Source: an uncultured Candidatus Saccharibacteria bacterium (GTDB lineage Bacteria; Patescibacteriota; WWE3; 2-01-FULL-39-13). Taken from it: a stretch of DNA of 64,000 bases. Every line of letters starts with the position of its first letter. Positions within the stretch are counted from its first letter, which is position 1. The DNA lies in NCBI GenBank assembly GCA_964370865.1, contig CAYJKF010000002.1, positions 20,719 through 84,718 on the forward strand, written 5' to 3'. A program made the position numbers and the translations under genes. The notes under the pieces are model-generated. The model did not search any database, had not been told where the DNA came from, and was given only the letters and a program-made list of their open reading frames with translations. Positions 27,817 through 38,258 of the stretch are shown here, piece after piece.

Positions 27817-29256
27817 ATGCGACTTAGCTGGACATTAATATCAATTATCTCTCGAGTTGGAAGTCTAATTATTGGTATTGTGCTATCAGCATACGTAATC
27901 TCTTTTTTATCTGTTTATGAACAGGGAGTACGAGGAATTGTCGTAGGAATTGTGGCAATGCTCGGGGTTATGCAGAATCTAGGCTTATCTTCGGGTTCTA
28001 CTAAGGAAATCGCCTCAGCGACTACTCTTAAAGATGCTGGGAAGGTATTTCTGGGAGCGCTTGGAATTAGATATTTATTGTCTATTCCGGTAGCTTTAAT
28101 TTTAATTCTGGGTTCAGGTCGATTTGCTGACTTTTACAATGTTGATGAAATTATAAAGCCCTTACAAATTTTTGGAATTGTGCTTTTAGTTCAAGCCATG
28201 CAAGCTACACTAAAATCCTTAATGCAAGGATTACACAAATTTTCATTTCTTTTTACGCATCAGGTTTTTTTAGAAGCACTACCAAGTTTGATGCTTCATA
28301 TCTATTTTTTAAACGCCTATGGTTTTATTGGATTTTTCTATGCTCAGCTTGCTTCCGTATTATTTTCAACTATTACGTTAGGAATTTATTCGGCATCGGT
28401 GATGAGGGGCGAGTTCGAAGTTCCTACTATGGATGAGTTCAAGAAAATTTTTAGATCAATTTTTAAAATTGCAATCATTGTCTATGTAATAAAAATCATA
28501 ATAACTCAGTGGGAACAATTTGGATCACTAGTAATTGGTAAAATCGGCTCACCAGAAGACGTAGCTGTATTCACAGTTGCTTTATTCATCGCACTTAAAG
28601 TAGTCACCATCTCGGATGCGGTAACAGATGTGTCACTTCCTCGGATGTCGAGTGTATATCAAAAAAGTCGTGATAAATTTTCGTTGATTTTTATGGCAGG
28701 AAATTCCAAAGCCTTTGTACTAATTTTATTTGGAGCTGTTTCACTTATTCTTCTAAAGAGAGAGTTAATCATAATAATAGATTTTGTTCTTGCATTTATG
28801 GATAAAGAGCCGCTGATTGAAAGATATCAATCTTCCTTTAGATTAGTGGATATATTAATAATTGCATTCTGGTTTTATTCCCACTTAAATTTGTTTAAAT
28901 CTGGGTTTTCAATTCCAATAGGTAAACCTATACAAGCACTAGTAGTTTTTCTAGAGTTAATGGCTGTTTCACTAGTTAGTTTATTATTGTTCAGGAATTT
29001 TATGGATCTGAACTTAGCAATAGCTATAAGTATGGCCTGTGGAGGCTTAGTAGCTTATTTGCACTATTTAGGGATAATCAAGAAGGAATTAGGGGTTATC
29101 GCGGTTCAACAAGCTGATTTAAATTATCTGATAATTTCTGTCGTTTTAGTTATGTTAAGCTATTCATTTCCATTTTTTAACATATTTATATTTGCAGTTT
29201 TCTCACTTATTTCTCTATACTTTATGAAAATAGCATTTAATCGAAATGAAAATTAG
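27817..29256 (+). CDS. Wzx/MOP-type oligosaccharide flippase
   Basis: About 12-14 TM, LSVYEQG, NLGL..GSTKEIA, VAVFTVA, SLPRMS. Confidence 0.78.
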   Translation: MRLSWTLISIISRVGSLIIGIVLSAYVISFLSVYEQGVRGIVVGIVAMLGVMQNLGLSSGSTKEIASATTLKDAGKVFLGALGIRYLLSIPVALILILGSGRFADFYNVDEIIKPLQIFGIVLLVQAMQATLKSLMQGLHKFSFLFTHQVFLEALPSLMLHIYFLNAYGFIGFFYAQLASVLFSTITLGIYSASVMRGEFEVPTMDEFKKIFRSIFKIAIIVYVIKIIITQWEQFGSLVIGKIGSPEDVAVFTVALFIALKVVTISDAVTDVSLPRMSSVYQKSRDKFSLIFMAGNSKAFVLILFGAVSLILLKRELIIIIDFVLAFMDKEPLIERYQSSFRLVDILIIAFWFYSHLNLFKSGFSIPIGKPIQALVVFLELMAVSLVSLLLFRNFMDLNLAIAISMACGGLVAYLHYLGIIKKELGVIAVQQADLNYLIISVVLVMLSYSFPFFNIFIFAVFSLISLYFMKIAFNRNEN

Positions 29257-30709
29257 AGAACTTTTCTTAAGTCCACTTTTCTATATATTCCTATTAATAA
29301 TTGTTCTTCGTTATATTGGAACAAATCATGGATTCCCATATATCTATAATGTGGATGAGCCGACTTTAGTTAAGACCACGTTAAATTTACGTTTTAGTCC
29401 ATGGATTGAGCGGTTTGACTGGCCACACTTTAATTATTATTTCCATTTTATCTTTTATTGGATATTTATTAAATTCAGAGCTTTGATTCAAATGGTTGGC
29501 TTAGATGGAAGCCTTAAATCCCTTGCGCCAATTTTATGGGATGATCCATTCGTGTTTTACTTTTTATCTAGAGTTATAAACACCACTCTATCAATTCTTT
29601 CGGTAATTCCAGTTTTCTATGTAACAAAAGACATATTTAATAAGAAGACAGCGACAGTGACTGCAATAAGTTACTTATTGTTTCCATATTTAACTTCTCA
29701 TTCTAGATACGCGATTCAGGATTCCGCAATGATGTCGTGGCTAGCGTTTTATTATTGGTTTTTATATCGATATTGGAATAAAGGAAAAATAAAGGATTTA
29801 CTATTATCAGCACTATTCATTGGACTAGCAACTGGAGTGAAATACAATGCGATTTTGTTTTCGGTAGCGGTTCCAATTTTATTGTTTCTTCAAATGAAAG
29901 CTCGATCTATGCCCAGAATACTTAATTATATAAAAAATAATTTTCTTGCAGGAATTGTCATAATAGTAGTATTTTTAGTGGTTTGTCCTAGTGTTATTTA
30001 TCATTTTGATTTATTTTGGTCTAATAAACCAGGAGTAGGAATATTTTGGCAGTTACAATCGAATCTTGTTAAGTATACATTAGTTGAAACGCCATATTAC
30101 GCATTCTTGGATTATGTAGATATTCTAAATGGTACAGGAATTCTTTTATCTGTAGGCTTTATTCTCTATCCGGTTTTTTACCGTAAATTAGACATAACAA
30201 AAGAAAATAAGATATTTATGGCAGTGTTTTGGTTAATCTCAGTTGGCTATTTCCTTTATGCCACCAGGATAGTCCTATCAGGACCACGGTTTTATCTTCC
30301 AATATATCCATTAATTGCAATTGTCGGGTCATTTATATATTTTGAATTGAGTAAACTTAAATACTATAAATACCTTAGTACTGTCTATCTGGCAATATTA
30401 TTTGGAGTTGTAGTATATCGTTCTATAGGTTTCACGCAGGAGCCAACAGTTAACTTGGCTTATTATAAATATCAAGAATTAGTAAGAACAAACAGTGTGT
30501 ATATTCGTGGCGAAGATATCGAGAGACTTAATTTATTAAATAACTTAGGACTTAGAAAGTTAAGACCCACTACACAGTTAAATAAAGGTAACTACATAAT
30601 AGGCTCAAGGCCCTTGAAACTAGAAAATGCTAAATTAGTTGATACAATCGAGAAGGTGGAGGGATATAATAGATTAGGTCCCACTATTTATATTTATCGT
30701 CATAATTAA
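29246..30709 (+). CDS. GT-C membrane glycosyltransferase, 'DEP/FDWPH' sub-family
   Basis: NVDEP, FDWPHF, GLATGVKYN, PRFYLP, C-terminal GPTIYIY (matches GPPIIIF of 19196). Confidence 0.82.
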   Translation: MKIRELFLSPLFYIFLLIIVLRYIGTNHGFPYIYNVDEPTLVKTTLNLRFSPWIERFDWPHFNYYFHFIFYWIFIKFRALIQMVGLDGSLKSLAPILWDDPFVFYFLSRVINTTLSILSVIPVFYVTKDIFNKKTATVTAISYLLFPYLTSHSRYAIQDSAMMSWLAFYYWFLYRYWNKGKIKDLLLSALFIGLATGVKYNAILFSVAVPILLFLQMKARSMPRILNYIKNNFLAGIVIIVVFLVVCPSVIYHFDLFWSNKPGVGIFWQLQSNLVKYTLVETPYYAFLDYVDILNGTGILLSVGFILYPVFYRKLDITKENKIFMAVFWLISVGYFLYATRIVLSGPRFYLPIYPLIAIVGSFIYFELSKLKYYKYLSTVYLAILFGVVVYRSIGFTQEPTVNLAYYKYQELVRTNSVYIRGEDIERLNLLNNLGLRKLRPTTQLNKGNYIIGSRPLKLENAKLVDTIEKVEGYNRLGPTIYIYRHN

Positions 30710-30730
30710 TGAAATCGAGTAGAGGTAAAA

Positions 30731-31843
30731 ATGGTTAAAAAGAGGCTTTTGATTGCTTATCATTCTGCTGAATACGGTGGAATTGAAGTTCAGATTCTAG
30801 ACATAATAAAAGAGCTCGCACAAGAGATTGATATTTATGTTGCCTGTCCAAAGGGACCCCTTGTAGAAGAATACTTAAAATATGGTGCAGTTGAGCATTT
30901 AGAATTATTCCCGACAAAAGAAATCGACTTTAATTACATAAATAAAATTCGAGAAGTCCTTAGAAGAGAATCAATTCAAATAGTTCACGGTCACGAATTA
31001 AAAACTGGTGTACAAGTTATGTATGCAGCCTTTAGAGAAAAAGTGCCGAAACGAATTTTTCATGTGCATACGCCTTTTATTTTTTGGAAATATGGATCAG
31101 TTAAGAGGTATTTTGCAATCATAGCAAATTATATTGCGAATTTTATAACCGGAAATATATTTGCTACTGATGTACTTGCTCTAACTCCATATATTAAGCA
31201 AGTAAGAACAAAATATGAACTAATATCGCCAAGCAAGGTTAAGGTGATACCCAATTCAGTTCGTCCTATACCTCAAATTTCAGCAGAACAGAAATCTCAA
31301 ATAAAAACCCAGTACAATTTGAATCCAGATAAAGCAATTATTGGTTATGTGGCTAGGTTTACAGTTGAAAAAGGACAAGAGGTACTTTTAAAAGCCTTTA
31401 GAGATAATGATAAATTAAGGGAGAGTGCACATTTAATTTTAGTAGGAGGAGGTGCAGACCTTGAGAAGCTTCAGAAGCAGTATTCTTTTCCCAATATTAC
31501 ATTTACTGGTAGGGTAGACGATTACGAAAAACAAGCCTTACTAAATGTATTCGATATTTTTGCTTTTCCAACATTTGCAGAGGGATTTGGAATAACTTTA
31601 ATCGAAGCTCTTAGTGTGGGATTACCCGCTGTTGTAAGCGACTTACCCGTATTACATGATGTGGGGGGTAATGAAGTTGTTTACTTCAAAAAAGGTGACT
31701 CTGCTGATTTAAGTATAAAACTACTGGATATGATAGAAAACTTTGGTGAGTTAAACTCTTCGAAACAAGCTAGAATTGATATTGCTAATAATTACTCAAC
31801 CGAAAGATTTAGAGATAATTATAGACAACTGTATTTAGGTTAA
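30731..31843 (+). CDS. GT4 glycosyltransferase
   Basis: GGIE, VARFTVEKG, EGFGITLIEALSVG; SD-like AGAGGT upstream. Confidence 0.92.
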   Translation: MVKKRLLIAYHSAEYGGIEVQILDIIKELAQEIDIYVACPKGPLVEEYLKYGAVEHLELFPTKEIDFNYINKIREVLRRESIQIVHGHELKTGVQVMYAAFREKVPKRIFHVHTPFIFWKYGSVKRYFAIIANYIANFITGNIFATDVLALTPYIKQVRTKYELISPSKVKVIPNSVRPIPQISAEQKSQIKTQYNLNPDKAIIGYVARFTVEKGQEVLLKAFRDNDKLRESAHLILVGGGADLEKLQKQYSFPNITFTGRVDDYEKQALLNVFDIFAFPTFAEGFGITLIEALSVGLPAVVSDLPVLHDVGGNEVVYFKKGDSADLSIKLLDMIENFGELNSSKQARIDIANNYSTERFRDNYRQLYLG

Positions 31844-31847
31844 TTTT

Positions 31848-33026
31848 ATGAAAATACTTTATCAATCACGGGTCGATTTATATTCACCACGTGGCGGAGA
31901 TACCATCCAAATAGAGAAGACAAAAGAGGCTATTGAAAAGTTAGATAAAAATATTCAGATTGATATTGTTACTGACATGTGGCCTAAAAATATTGAAGAA
32001 TATGATCTTGTGCATTTGTTCAATCTTGATTGGATTTGTGAGACCTATGGTCAGCTTATATGGGCTAAGAAACATGGGAAAAAAGTCATACTTTCTGCGA
32101 TCCATCACTCAGAATCTGAAGTAAAAACATATGAAGACTTAGCTCGTTATGACATACGCCGTATATATAATGCGTTAATTGCCAGTCAGTCTTTACGCGA
32201 TGAATTCAAGAATTTATATAGAAGCCTTTTTAATTTAAAGAAATTAGAACCAACCCTTGGACAATTATTAAGAGGTATTCGAAATGAGCAAAAATATATT
32301 TTAGAAAATGCTGATTTAGTTTTAGTTCAAACTAAAATTGAAGCTGATGAAATTGATAAAGATTTTGATGTAAAACTTACTAAATATCATAATGTTGTTA
32401 ACGGGGTTGATGCTGAACTCTTTACAAGTACAAGTAAGGAGAAATTTGAAAACCTCGTTAAGAATGTGCTTGGGGTAAATTTAGATGGAAAGAAAATTCT
32501 ATTGAGTGTGGGTAGAGTAGAACCAAGAAAGAATCAACTTTCTTTAATTAATATATTTAGCGAACTTCAGAATGATCAGCGTTTTAAAGATTATTATCTG
32601 GTTTTTATGGGAGGTATGACTGATAAGAGTTATGAGTATACTTCAAAATTTAAACGATTGGTGGAGAAAAATGACAAGATTTTATATCTTGGACCTCAAT
32701 CACAGGATCTAGTAGCATCTGCTATGAGGTTTCCAGGAATCTTTGTACATACAAGTTGGTTTGAAACAACGGGATTGGTATGTTTAGAGGCCTTGCTGTC
32801 TGAAATGAATGTTGTTTCGACCTCTACTAGGCTTAAAGAGTACGTTGGAGACAGCATAGTTTATTGCAACCCAGAAAGTCCTGAAAGTATTAAAAATGCT
32901 ATACTTGAAGCGAGTAGAAAAGGTGCCGTATCAGCTGAATTAGTTGATTTAATAATCAAAAACTACTCATGGAAAAATACGGCAGAACAAACTCTCGAAG
33001 GGTACAAAAAACTTAAAATACTATGA
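31848..33026 (+). CDS. GT4 glycosyltransferase
   Basis: GGDTIQ, VGRVEPRKNQ, SWFETTGLVCLEA, YSWKNTA. Confidence 0.9.
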   Translation: MKILYQSRVDLYSPRGGDTIQIEKTKEAIEKLDKNIQIDIVTDMWPKNIEEYDLVHLFNLDWICETYGQLIWAKKHGKKVILSAIHHSESEVKTYEDLARYDIRRIYNALIASQSLRDEFKNLYRSLFNLKKLEPTLGQLLRGIRNEQKYILENADLVLVQTKIEADEIDKDFDVKLTKYHNVVNGVDAELFTSTSKEKFENLVKNVLGVNLDGKKILLSVGRVEPRKNQLSLINIFSELQNDQRFKDYYLVFMGGMTDKSYEYTSKFKRLVEKNDKILYLGPQSQDLVASAMRFPGIFVHTSWFETTGLVCLEALLSEMNVVSTSTRLKEYVGDSIVYCNPESPESIKNAILEASRKGAVSAELVDLIIKNYSWKNTAEQTLEGYKKLKIL

Positions 33027-36000
33027 ATTTCGAATTAATCATAATCATTTCAATATCTCTAATAACATTTTTACTCTCCTTAAAAAACCTAAAGTGGGGA
33101 TTTTACTTTTTTATGGCTACCATTTTACTAATGCATAAAGAGCTTTTTAGCCTGGTACAGTGGGATTTCTTACCAGCTAGGTTTGCGTCAGTTGGTATAG
33201 GCTTAGCTCTACTAATTAAAGGATTAATGGTTACAAAAAACAATGGAGTTAAAAACACCCTAATTCGCTTGGCTAATTTCACCCGAAATGACCGTCCTTT
33301 TCTATTATTAGTTACATTATTGATAATCCGTCTTATCTCAAGTATTGCCGGAGAAAACATTACCACAAATTACAATCTACTTTTATTCTATTCAAGCGCC
33401 ATCATCTTATATCTTGTAGCAAGTTACATACAAAAAAGAGAGGGAAGCAATAACTTTTTTAAGAAGATCTTATGGATATATATGGGACTTGGTGTACTTG
33501 CCACAATCTTTGCTTTTGTCCAAATGTATCTAAAGATCGAATATGATATTAAAGTTGGAGCTATTTGGCCAGTTGAAAATAATTTGCCAAGGCTAGGTTC
33601 GACTTTTTGGGATGTAAACCATTTCGGCGGATTTTTGATAACCGTAATTCCACTATATTTTATATATACATTTATCGCATCTAAGTGGAAATATAGGTTA
33701 CTTAATATTGTAGCTCTAGGAATGACCTCCTCAATGTTATTTTTTACTCAATCACGAAGCTCATGGTTAGGAATCTCAATTGCAATGGTCCTTGGGTTGT
33801 TACTACTCATGAAAAAGGGATTTTATAAGCCTCTTTTGCTATTTTTAGGCGGATGTTTAATATTAGGCGGAATTTTTATTACTTACCTAGATTTTAAAGA
33901 TTTAACTGTAAGTCAAAAAATCAAGGATTTTATGCATTACCGATTAGATTCCACAGATACTCATTTAATGTTGGTACAAGGAGCAGTGCAGATTTTTTAT
34001 AATAAGCCAATCATTGGTTCAGGTTCTGGAAACTTTAATAGTGCTTTTAGAAAAACCGATATATCCGAGAAATACTTTGAGAGAGAACCTAATTTAAAGA
34101 ACCAGGAAGTCCCTCCGCACAGTGTATGGGGTGAGGTTTTGGCAGAAAGTGGTTACCTGGGTTTTATGACCTATTTAATCTTGATGGTATTTATGTGTCT
34201 ATCCCTGGTCTATGTAATTTTCAAAACCGCAGATCGAAAAGAAAAATTACTTGGAGTTGGTCTATTCATTTCGTTAGTTGGGATTTTAGTAACAGGAATC
34301 TTCTATTCATTCAATCTAGAATTTTTCTGGATATTATTTATTCTTGTAACACTTTTTATAAAGAACGCGATTAAAGTTGATTGGTCCTTTAGAAACATTT
34401 TTGGATGGTTCGCGGGAAGTAAAAATGCGCCTCTTTTAGCGATTCTTCCTTTAGCCTTGGTATTTATTTTGGTTAATATTGGTGGGGTTACACTTTTGGA
34501 ATGGGACGAAGCCATTTACGCAAAAGTTGCAAAAAATATTGTACAAAGTGGTAACTGGCTTAATTTAAGGTGGGATAGTACAAGCGATTTCTGGTTTGAA
34601 AAACCACCTTTATATATGTGGTTATCAGCTGTGATGTTTAATTTAACTGGAATAAATGAATTTAGTGCTAGGATTTGGTCAGCTATTTTTGGTCTATCCA
34701 CGATAGTTTTGGTCTACTTTTTGGGTAAAAAATTATATAACAAATTCACAGGATTGATTGCAGCAATTATTCTTTTAAATACTGCTCATTTCTTGTATTA
34801 CACAAGGAATAGTTTGCTTGATGTGCCTGTTACATTTTTTATATTGGCTACTGTTATGGCGTTTTATTGGGGTACTACGGTTACAAAGCGTTCATACTTA
34901 TTTTATATATTAGCTGGTGTAACTCTTGGTTTAGGAGTAATGACAAAGGCAATTGTAGGATTACTTCCTCTACCAATTATCATTCTGTATCTGATTTCTT
35001 CTAAAGTATTTTTGAAAGAGAAACTTAATCTAAAAGGGTTTCTGATTACTTTCTTTATTTCGTTATTAGTTTTTATGCCATGGCATGTCTATTCTTATAT
35101 AGCGCATGGTAGCGAGTTTATAGAGACATATTTATTTAAGCACATCTTCGATCGAGGTACAGAAGGACTAGGACATGTTAGGCCGCTTTGGTGGTACTTT
35201 GAAGTTCTTATGGTTTCATACCGAATTTGGCTAGCTCCTTTAATTGGTGGTTTAATTATTCTCCCATTAGTTGATAAATCTAAGAAAAGTAATTTACTCG
35301 TGTTTTCTGCCTCCATATTTATTTTTATATTCTTCTCAATTCCAAAAGATAAGCTTTCGTGGTATTTGGTTCCTATTTATCCGTTTATTGCGTTACTTTC
35401 GGCAAGATTTATTGATCAATCTATAGTTTATTTTAGGAGCATTATTAAGGAGTCCAATTTGCCAAGTCTGTTTAATATGAAGCTTATTGTTGCAGGTCTT
35501 TTCATATTCCTGACACCTTTCTATATATCTCGTATTCGAGATAAAGTTTATTTTGAGGATGTTAATAGAGACATAGTAGAGCTGATTAAGATTCACAATC
35601 AAATATATCCAGTGAGCGAGTTTCCAGAATTGGATTTACACTATGCCCGAATCCCGCACACCGTTGCATTATTCTATAGCGACCATCAGCCAGTTGCAGT
35701 GTCAACAGAAAAAATATTAGACATGTTAGATGACGCAAAACCAGATCGTTTTTACACTTTTTTGATGAGTCAAACAAGATTTTATCAAGTTAGAGGTGAA
35801 CTTAAGAACGAAGTTTCCAAACCAGTTGATCTAAGAGTTAGAGGGTCATCTGGAAGTAGTGTATTGGTCAGGTCTATGTCAGAGGTAGATTTACTTAAAG
35901 AAGACATAATAGAAACCGCGAATGGTATAGGTGCTTTATATGCACAGGAAAAATTAGTAGGATTAACCGAATTTGAAGTACAGAAGCTTGATAGTTTAGA

Positions 36001-36076
36001 AGTTGATTATCAGAATATCGTAAATAAGTTGACTGAATATGGATACCCTCCAGAAGCTCTTATCAAAATACAATAA
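33023..36076 (+). CDS. Fusion of an O-antigen ligase/O-oligosaccharyltransferase (Wzy_C/WaaL-like) module and an ArnT-like GT-C module
   Basis: N-half RLGSTFWDVNHFG, TQSRSSW, PIIGSGSGNF, PPHSVWGEVLAESG; C-half WDEAIYA, WFEKPPLY, EFSAR, LLDVP, MTKA, KLSWYLVP. Confidence 0.82.
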   Translation: MNFELIIIISISLITFLLSLKNLKWGFYFFMATILLMHKELFSLVQWDFLPARFASVGIGLALLIKGLMVTKNNGVKNTLIRLANFTRNDRPFLLLVTLLIIRLISSIAGENITTNYNLLLFYSSAIILYLVASYIQKREGSNNFFKKILWIYMGLGVLATIFAFVQMYLKIEYDIKVGAIWPVENNLPRLGSTFWDVNHFGGFLITVIPLYFIYTFIASKWKYRLLNIVALGMTSSMLFFTQSRSSWLGISIAMVLGLLLLMKKGFYKPLLLFLGGCLILGGIFITYLDFKDLTVSQKIKDFMHYRLDSTDTHLMLVQGAVQIFYNKPIIGSGSGNFNSAFRKTDISEKYFEREPNLKNQEVPPHSVWGEVLAESGYLGFMTYLILMVFMCLSLVYVIFKTADRKEKLLGVGLFISLVGILVTGIFYSFNLEFFWILFILVTLFIKNAIKVDWSFRNIFGWFAGSKNAPLLAILPLALVFILVNIGGVTLLEWDEAIYAKVAKNIVQSGNWLNLRWDSTSDFWFEKPPLYMWLSAVMFNLTGINEFSARIWSAIFGLSTIVLVYFLGKKLYNKFTGLIAAIILLNTAHFLYYTRNSLLDVPVTFFILATVMAFYWGTTVTKRSYLFYILAGVTLGLGVMTKAIVGLLPLPIIILYLISSKVFLKEKLNLKGFLITFFISLLVFMPWHVYSYIAHGSEFIETYLFKHIFDRGTEGLGHVRPLWWYFEVLMVSYRIWLAPLIGGLIILPLVDKSKKSNLLVFSASIFIFIFFSIPKDKLSWYLVPIYPFIALLSARFIDQSIVYFRSIIKESNLPSLFNMKLIVAGLFIFLTPFYISRIRDKVYFEDVNRDIVELIKIHNQIYPVSEFPELDLHYARIPHTVALFYSDHQPVAVSTEKILDMLDDAKPDRFYTFLMSQTRFYQVRGELKNEVSKPVDLRVRGSSGSSVLVRSMSEVDLLKEDIIETANGIGALYAQEKLVGLTEFEVQKLDSLEVDYQNIVNKLTEYGYPPEALIKIQ

Positions 36077-38258
36077 AGCAGATTGGCTTGTATTTATCTT
36101 TATACTAGTCATTCCATGGACGCATAAAGAGATGTTTAGCTTTTATAATCCTGATCTAGTTATATCCAAGTGGATTTTGATTGTGATTGCGACCTTGGGT
36201 TTCTTCTACTTTATAAAGGATAGGAAGACGTATTCTAAGGATATTTTCTTCTTTTTACTTTCAGGTATTCTATGGGGACAGATATTTAGCCTTCTACATA
36301 CACTTGATGTCCGAAGTACTTTAAAAATTATCGCTTTTCAAGGAGGGATCGTCTTTGCTTATCCATTTTTAAAAAATTATCTTAGAAAAGAGGGGAAAGA
36401 TAAGACTATCTTTGCGTATTTAATTTCCCTTTCTATCGTTCTATGTTTTTGGATATTTCAGGTTTCTCTAAAGATTTATTTTAATAAATTAACAGGAGGC
36501 ATTTGGCCAGTTTATGGATATCCAACTAGATTTGGTTCGACTTTCTGGGATGTAAATCATTATGGTGCTTATCTTTCTTCTATGATATTTGTGACGTGTG
36601 GGGTTTTATTATCTAAACAATATGAAAAGTATAAGAAATTTCTGATTGCACTTGTATCAGTTTCCTTACTAAGTCTATTTTTTACTGGTTCAAGAAGTTC
36701 ATGGATAGGCTTTACAATATCCTTAGTTGTTTTTTTCTTACTACTTTTTAGCAGTAAAAAGGCATCTTGGTTTAATTTTGACAAAAAAAATAAATATACG
36801 GAAATTCTAAAGTATAAGTGGCATCTGCTTTCGGCCGGATTTATTGTTCTTCCTTTTTCTATTTTATATTTATTGCAGGATTCAATCAGGGCAGCATTTT
36901 TATACAGGTCTACATCCTTTTTTTCTCACTTATATTTGTTAAAAGCGGGAATATCTGTAGGAATTAATAATTTCACAACTGGCATAGGTGCAAATGCTTT
37001 TCATGCTTACTTTAAACAGTCGGAATATGCTTCGGCATACTATTATATAGACAAGGCTGCAGAAAATTATAAACTTCCGCTTCATAACTTATGGCTTGAG
37101 GTTTTGGCTGAAACAGGCATTGTGGCTTTTATTGTGTTTTGTTTGTTATGGATTGTTACAATCGGTTTACTTTATCGTCTATACCAAAAGCACAATGATT
37201 ATCTAGCACTCGGACTTATCTCAGGGCTTATAACGTATTTAGTATCGGGTTTATTTTATTCTTATAAGAGCGAATTTTTCTGGATTTTTGTCGTTATTGC
37301 TTGTGTGTATGCATCAAGAGGAATGGAGAAAGATTTAGTTATAAATAAATTTAAAGATATAAAGCAAGTATTTTATTACATTTTTGGGAATGCCAAGTCA
37401 TTTAAAAAATTACTAATAGTTGTTCTATCGGTTTTAACAGTATTAAGTGCTGGGATTTATTTGACTTATTCCCTTTCTTTGCGCGAAATCTTATCATTCT
37501 ATGATACGACTGAACAAAGCTATGTTTTTAGACTTTATCAATATATTATTAATCTCTTGAGATTTACGCTTGGGAACTATTCTTTTACGGGACGGTTACC
37601 CGTTTTAGGATTAGTTATTTCCTCATTTATTGGAATGTTCGCAATCTTGAATCGAAAGAGCTCCCCCGAAAAATCTATATTAGTTTCTGCAATTGTAATT
37701 AATATTTTGATGATACTTGCTTCACCTTCTCGAGTTTCAGAGATTTGGTTAAATATATTTCTTGTAGTAACTCTGACTGGTGCTTTTTTTATATTATTTG
37801 ATGTTCCAAATCTTGTTAAAGTTAGATTTAACTTTTCTACCGCTTCATTAGTTGTTATTCTTGTGATTTCTAATATTTGTTTCCACGTCGTGAACTATAG
37901 AATTATGCAGGATGGATACAATCAAGAATCTAATTTTATTGTAGAATTAGCCTCGAATAGGGCTGTATTGAATAATTCAGTTATTTGGGTTGAAACTGAC
38001 CAAGATAGGATGCTCGTAAAATATTATTCAGATCATATTGAAAAGTCCCACGGAAACCTATATCCAGTCAATGAGAAAATTTCTAATCTTACCGAACTTT
38101 ATGGTATTGATTTCTATAATAGAAATGTATTTGTGGTTACAGGATTAAACAAAAATATACTTGAGTCAGCACTAGTTTTTGATGAAGTAATTACTTACAA
38201 AGATTATTATATTTTAATTATGGAGCCTGTAGAGTATGTGGCACAGGGTTCTCTATAA
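36039..38258 (+). CDS. O-antigen ligase-like protein with divergent C-terminal membrane extension
   Basis: RFGSTFWDVNHYG, TGSRSSW, GIGANAF, LHNLWLEVLAETG, FYSYKSEFFW; paralog of the N-half of 33023. Confidence 0.8.
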   Translation: MDTLQKLLSKYNKADWLVFIFILVIPWTHKEMFSFYNPDLVISKWILIVIATLGFFYFIKDRKTYSKDIFFFLLSGILWGQIFSLLHTLDVRSTLKIIAFQGGIVFAYPFLKNYLRKEGKDKTIFAYLISLSIVLCFWIFQVSLKIYFNKLTGGIWPVYGYPTRFGSTFWDVNHYGAYLSSMIFVTCGVLLSKQYEKYKKFLIALVSVSLLSLFFTGSRSSWIGFTISLVVFFLLLFSSKKASWFNFDKKNKYTEILKYKWHLLSAGFIVLPFSILYLLQDSIRAAFLYRSTSFFSHLYLLKAGISVGINNFTTGIGANAFHAYFKQSEYASAYYYIDKAAENYKLPLHNLWLEVLAETGIVAFIVFCLLWIVTIGLLYRLYQKHNDYLALGLISGLITYLVSGLFYSYKSEFFWIFVVIACVYASRGMEKDLVINKFKDIKQVFYYIFGNAKSFKKLLIVVLSVLTVLSAGIYLTYSLSLREILSFYDTTEQSYVFRLYQYIINLLRFTLGNYSFTGRLPVLGLVISSFIGMFAILNRKSSPEKSILVSAIVINILMILASPSRVSEIWLNIFLVVTLTGAFFILFDVPNLVKVRFNFSTASLVVILVISNICFHVVNYRIMQDGYNQESNFIVELASNRAVLNNSVIWVETDQDRMLVKYYSDHIEKSHGNLYPVNEKISNLTELYGIDFYNRNVFVVTGLNKNILESALVFDEVITYKDYYILIMEPVEYVAQGSL

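Noticed and set aside
33023-38258. Interpretation as a standard LPS O-antigen (waaL/arnT) cluster
   Set aside because: No lipid A/core, Wzz or Ara4N synthesis genes in the window; the acceptor cannot be assigned from sequence
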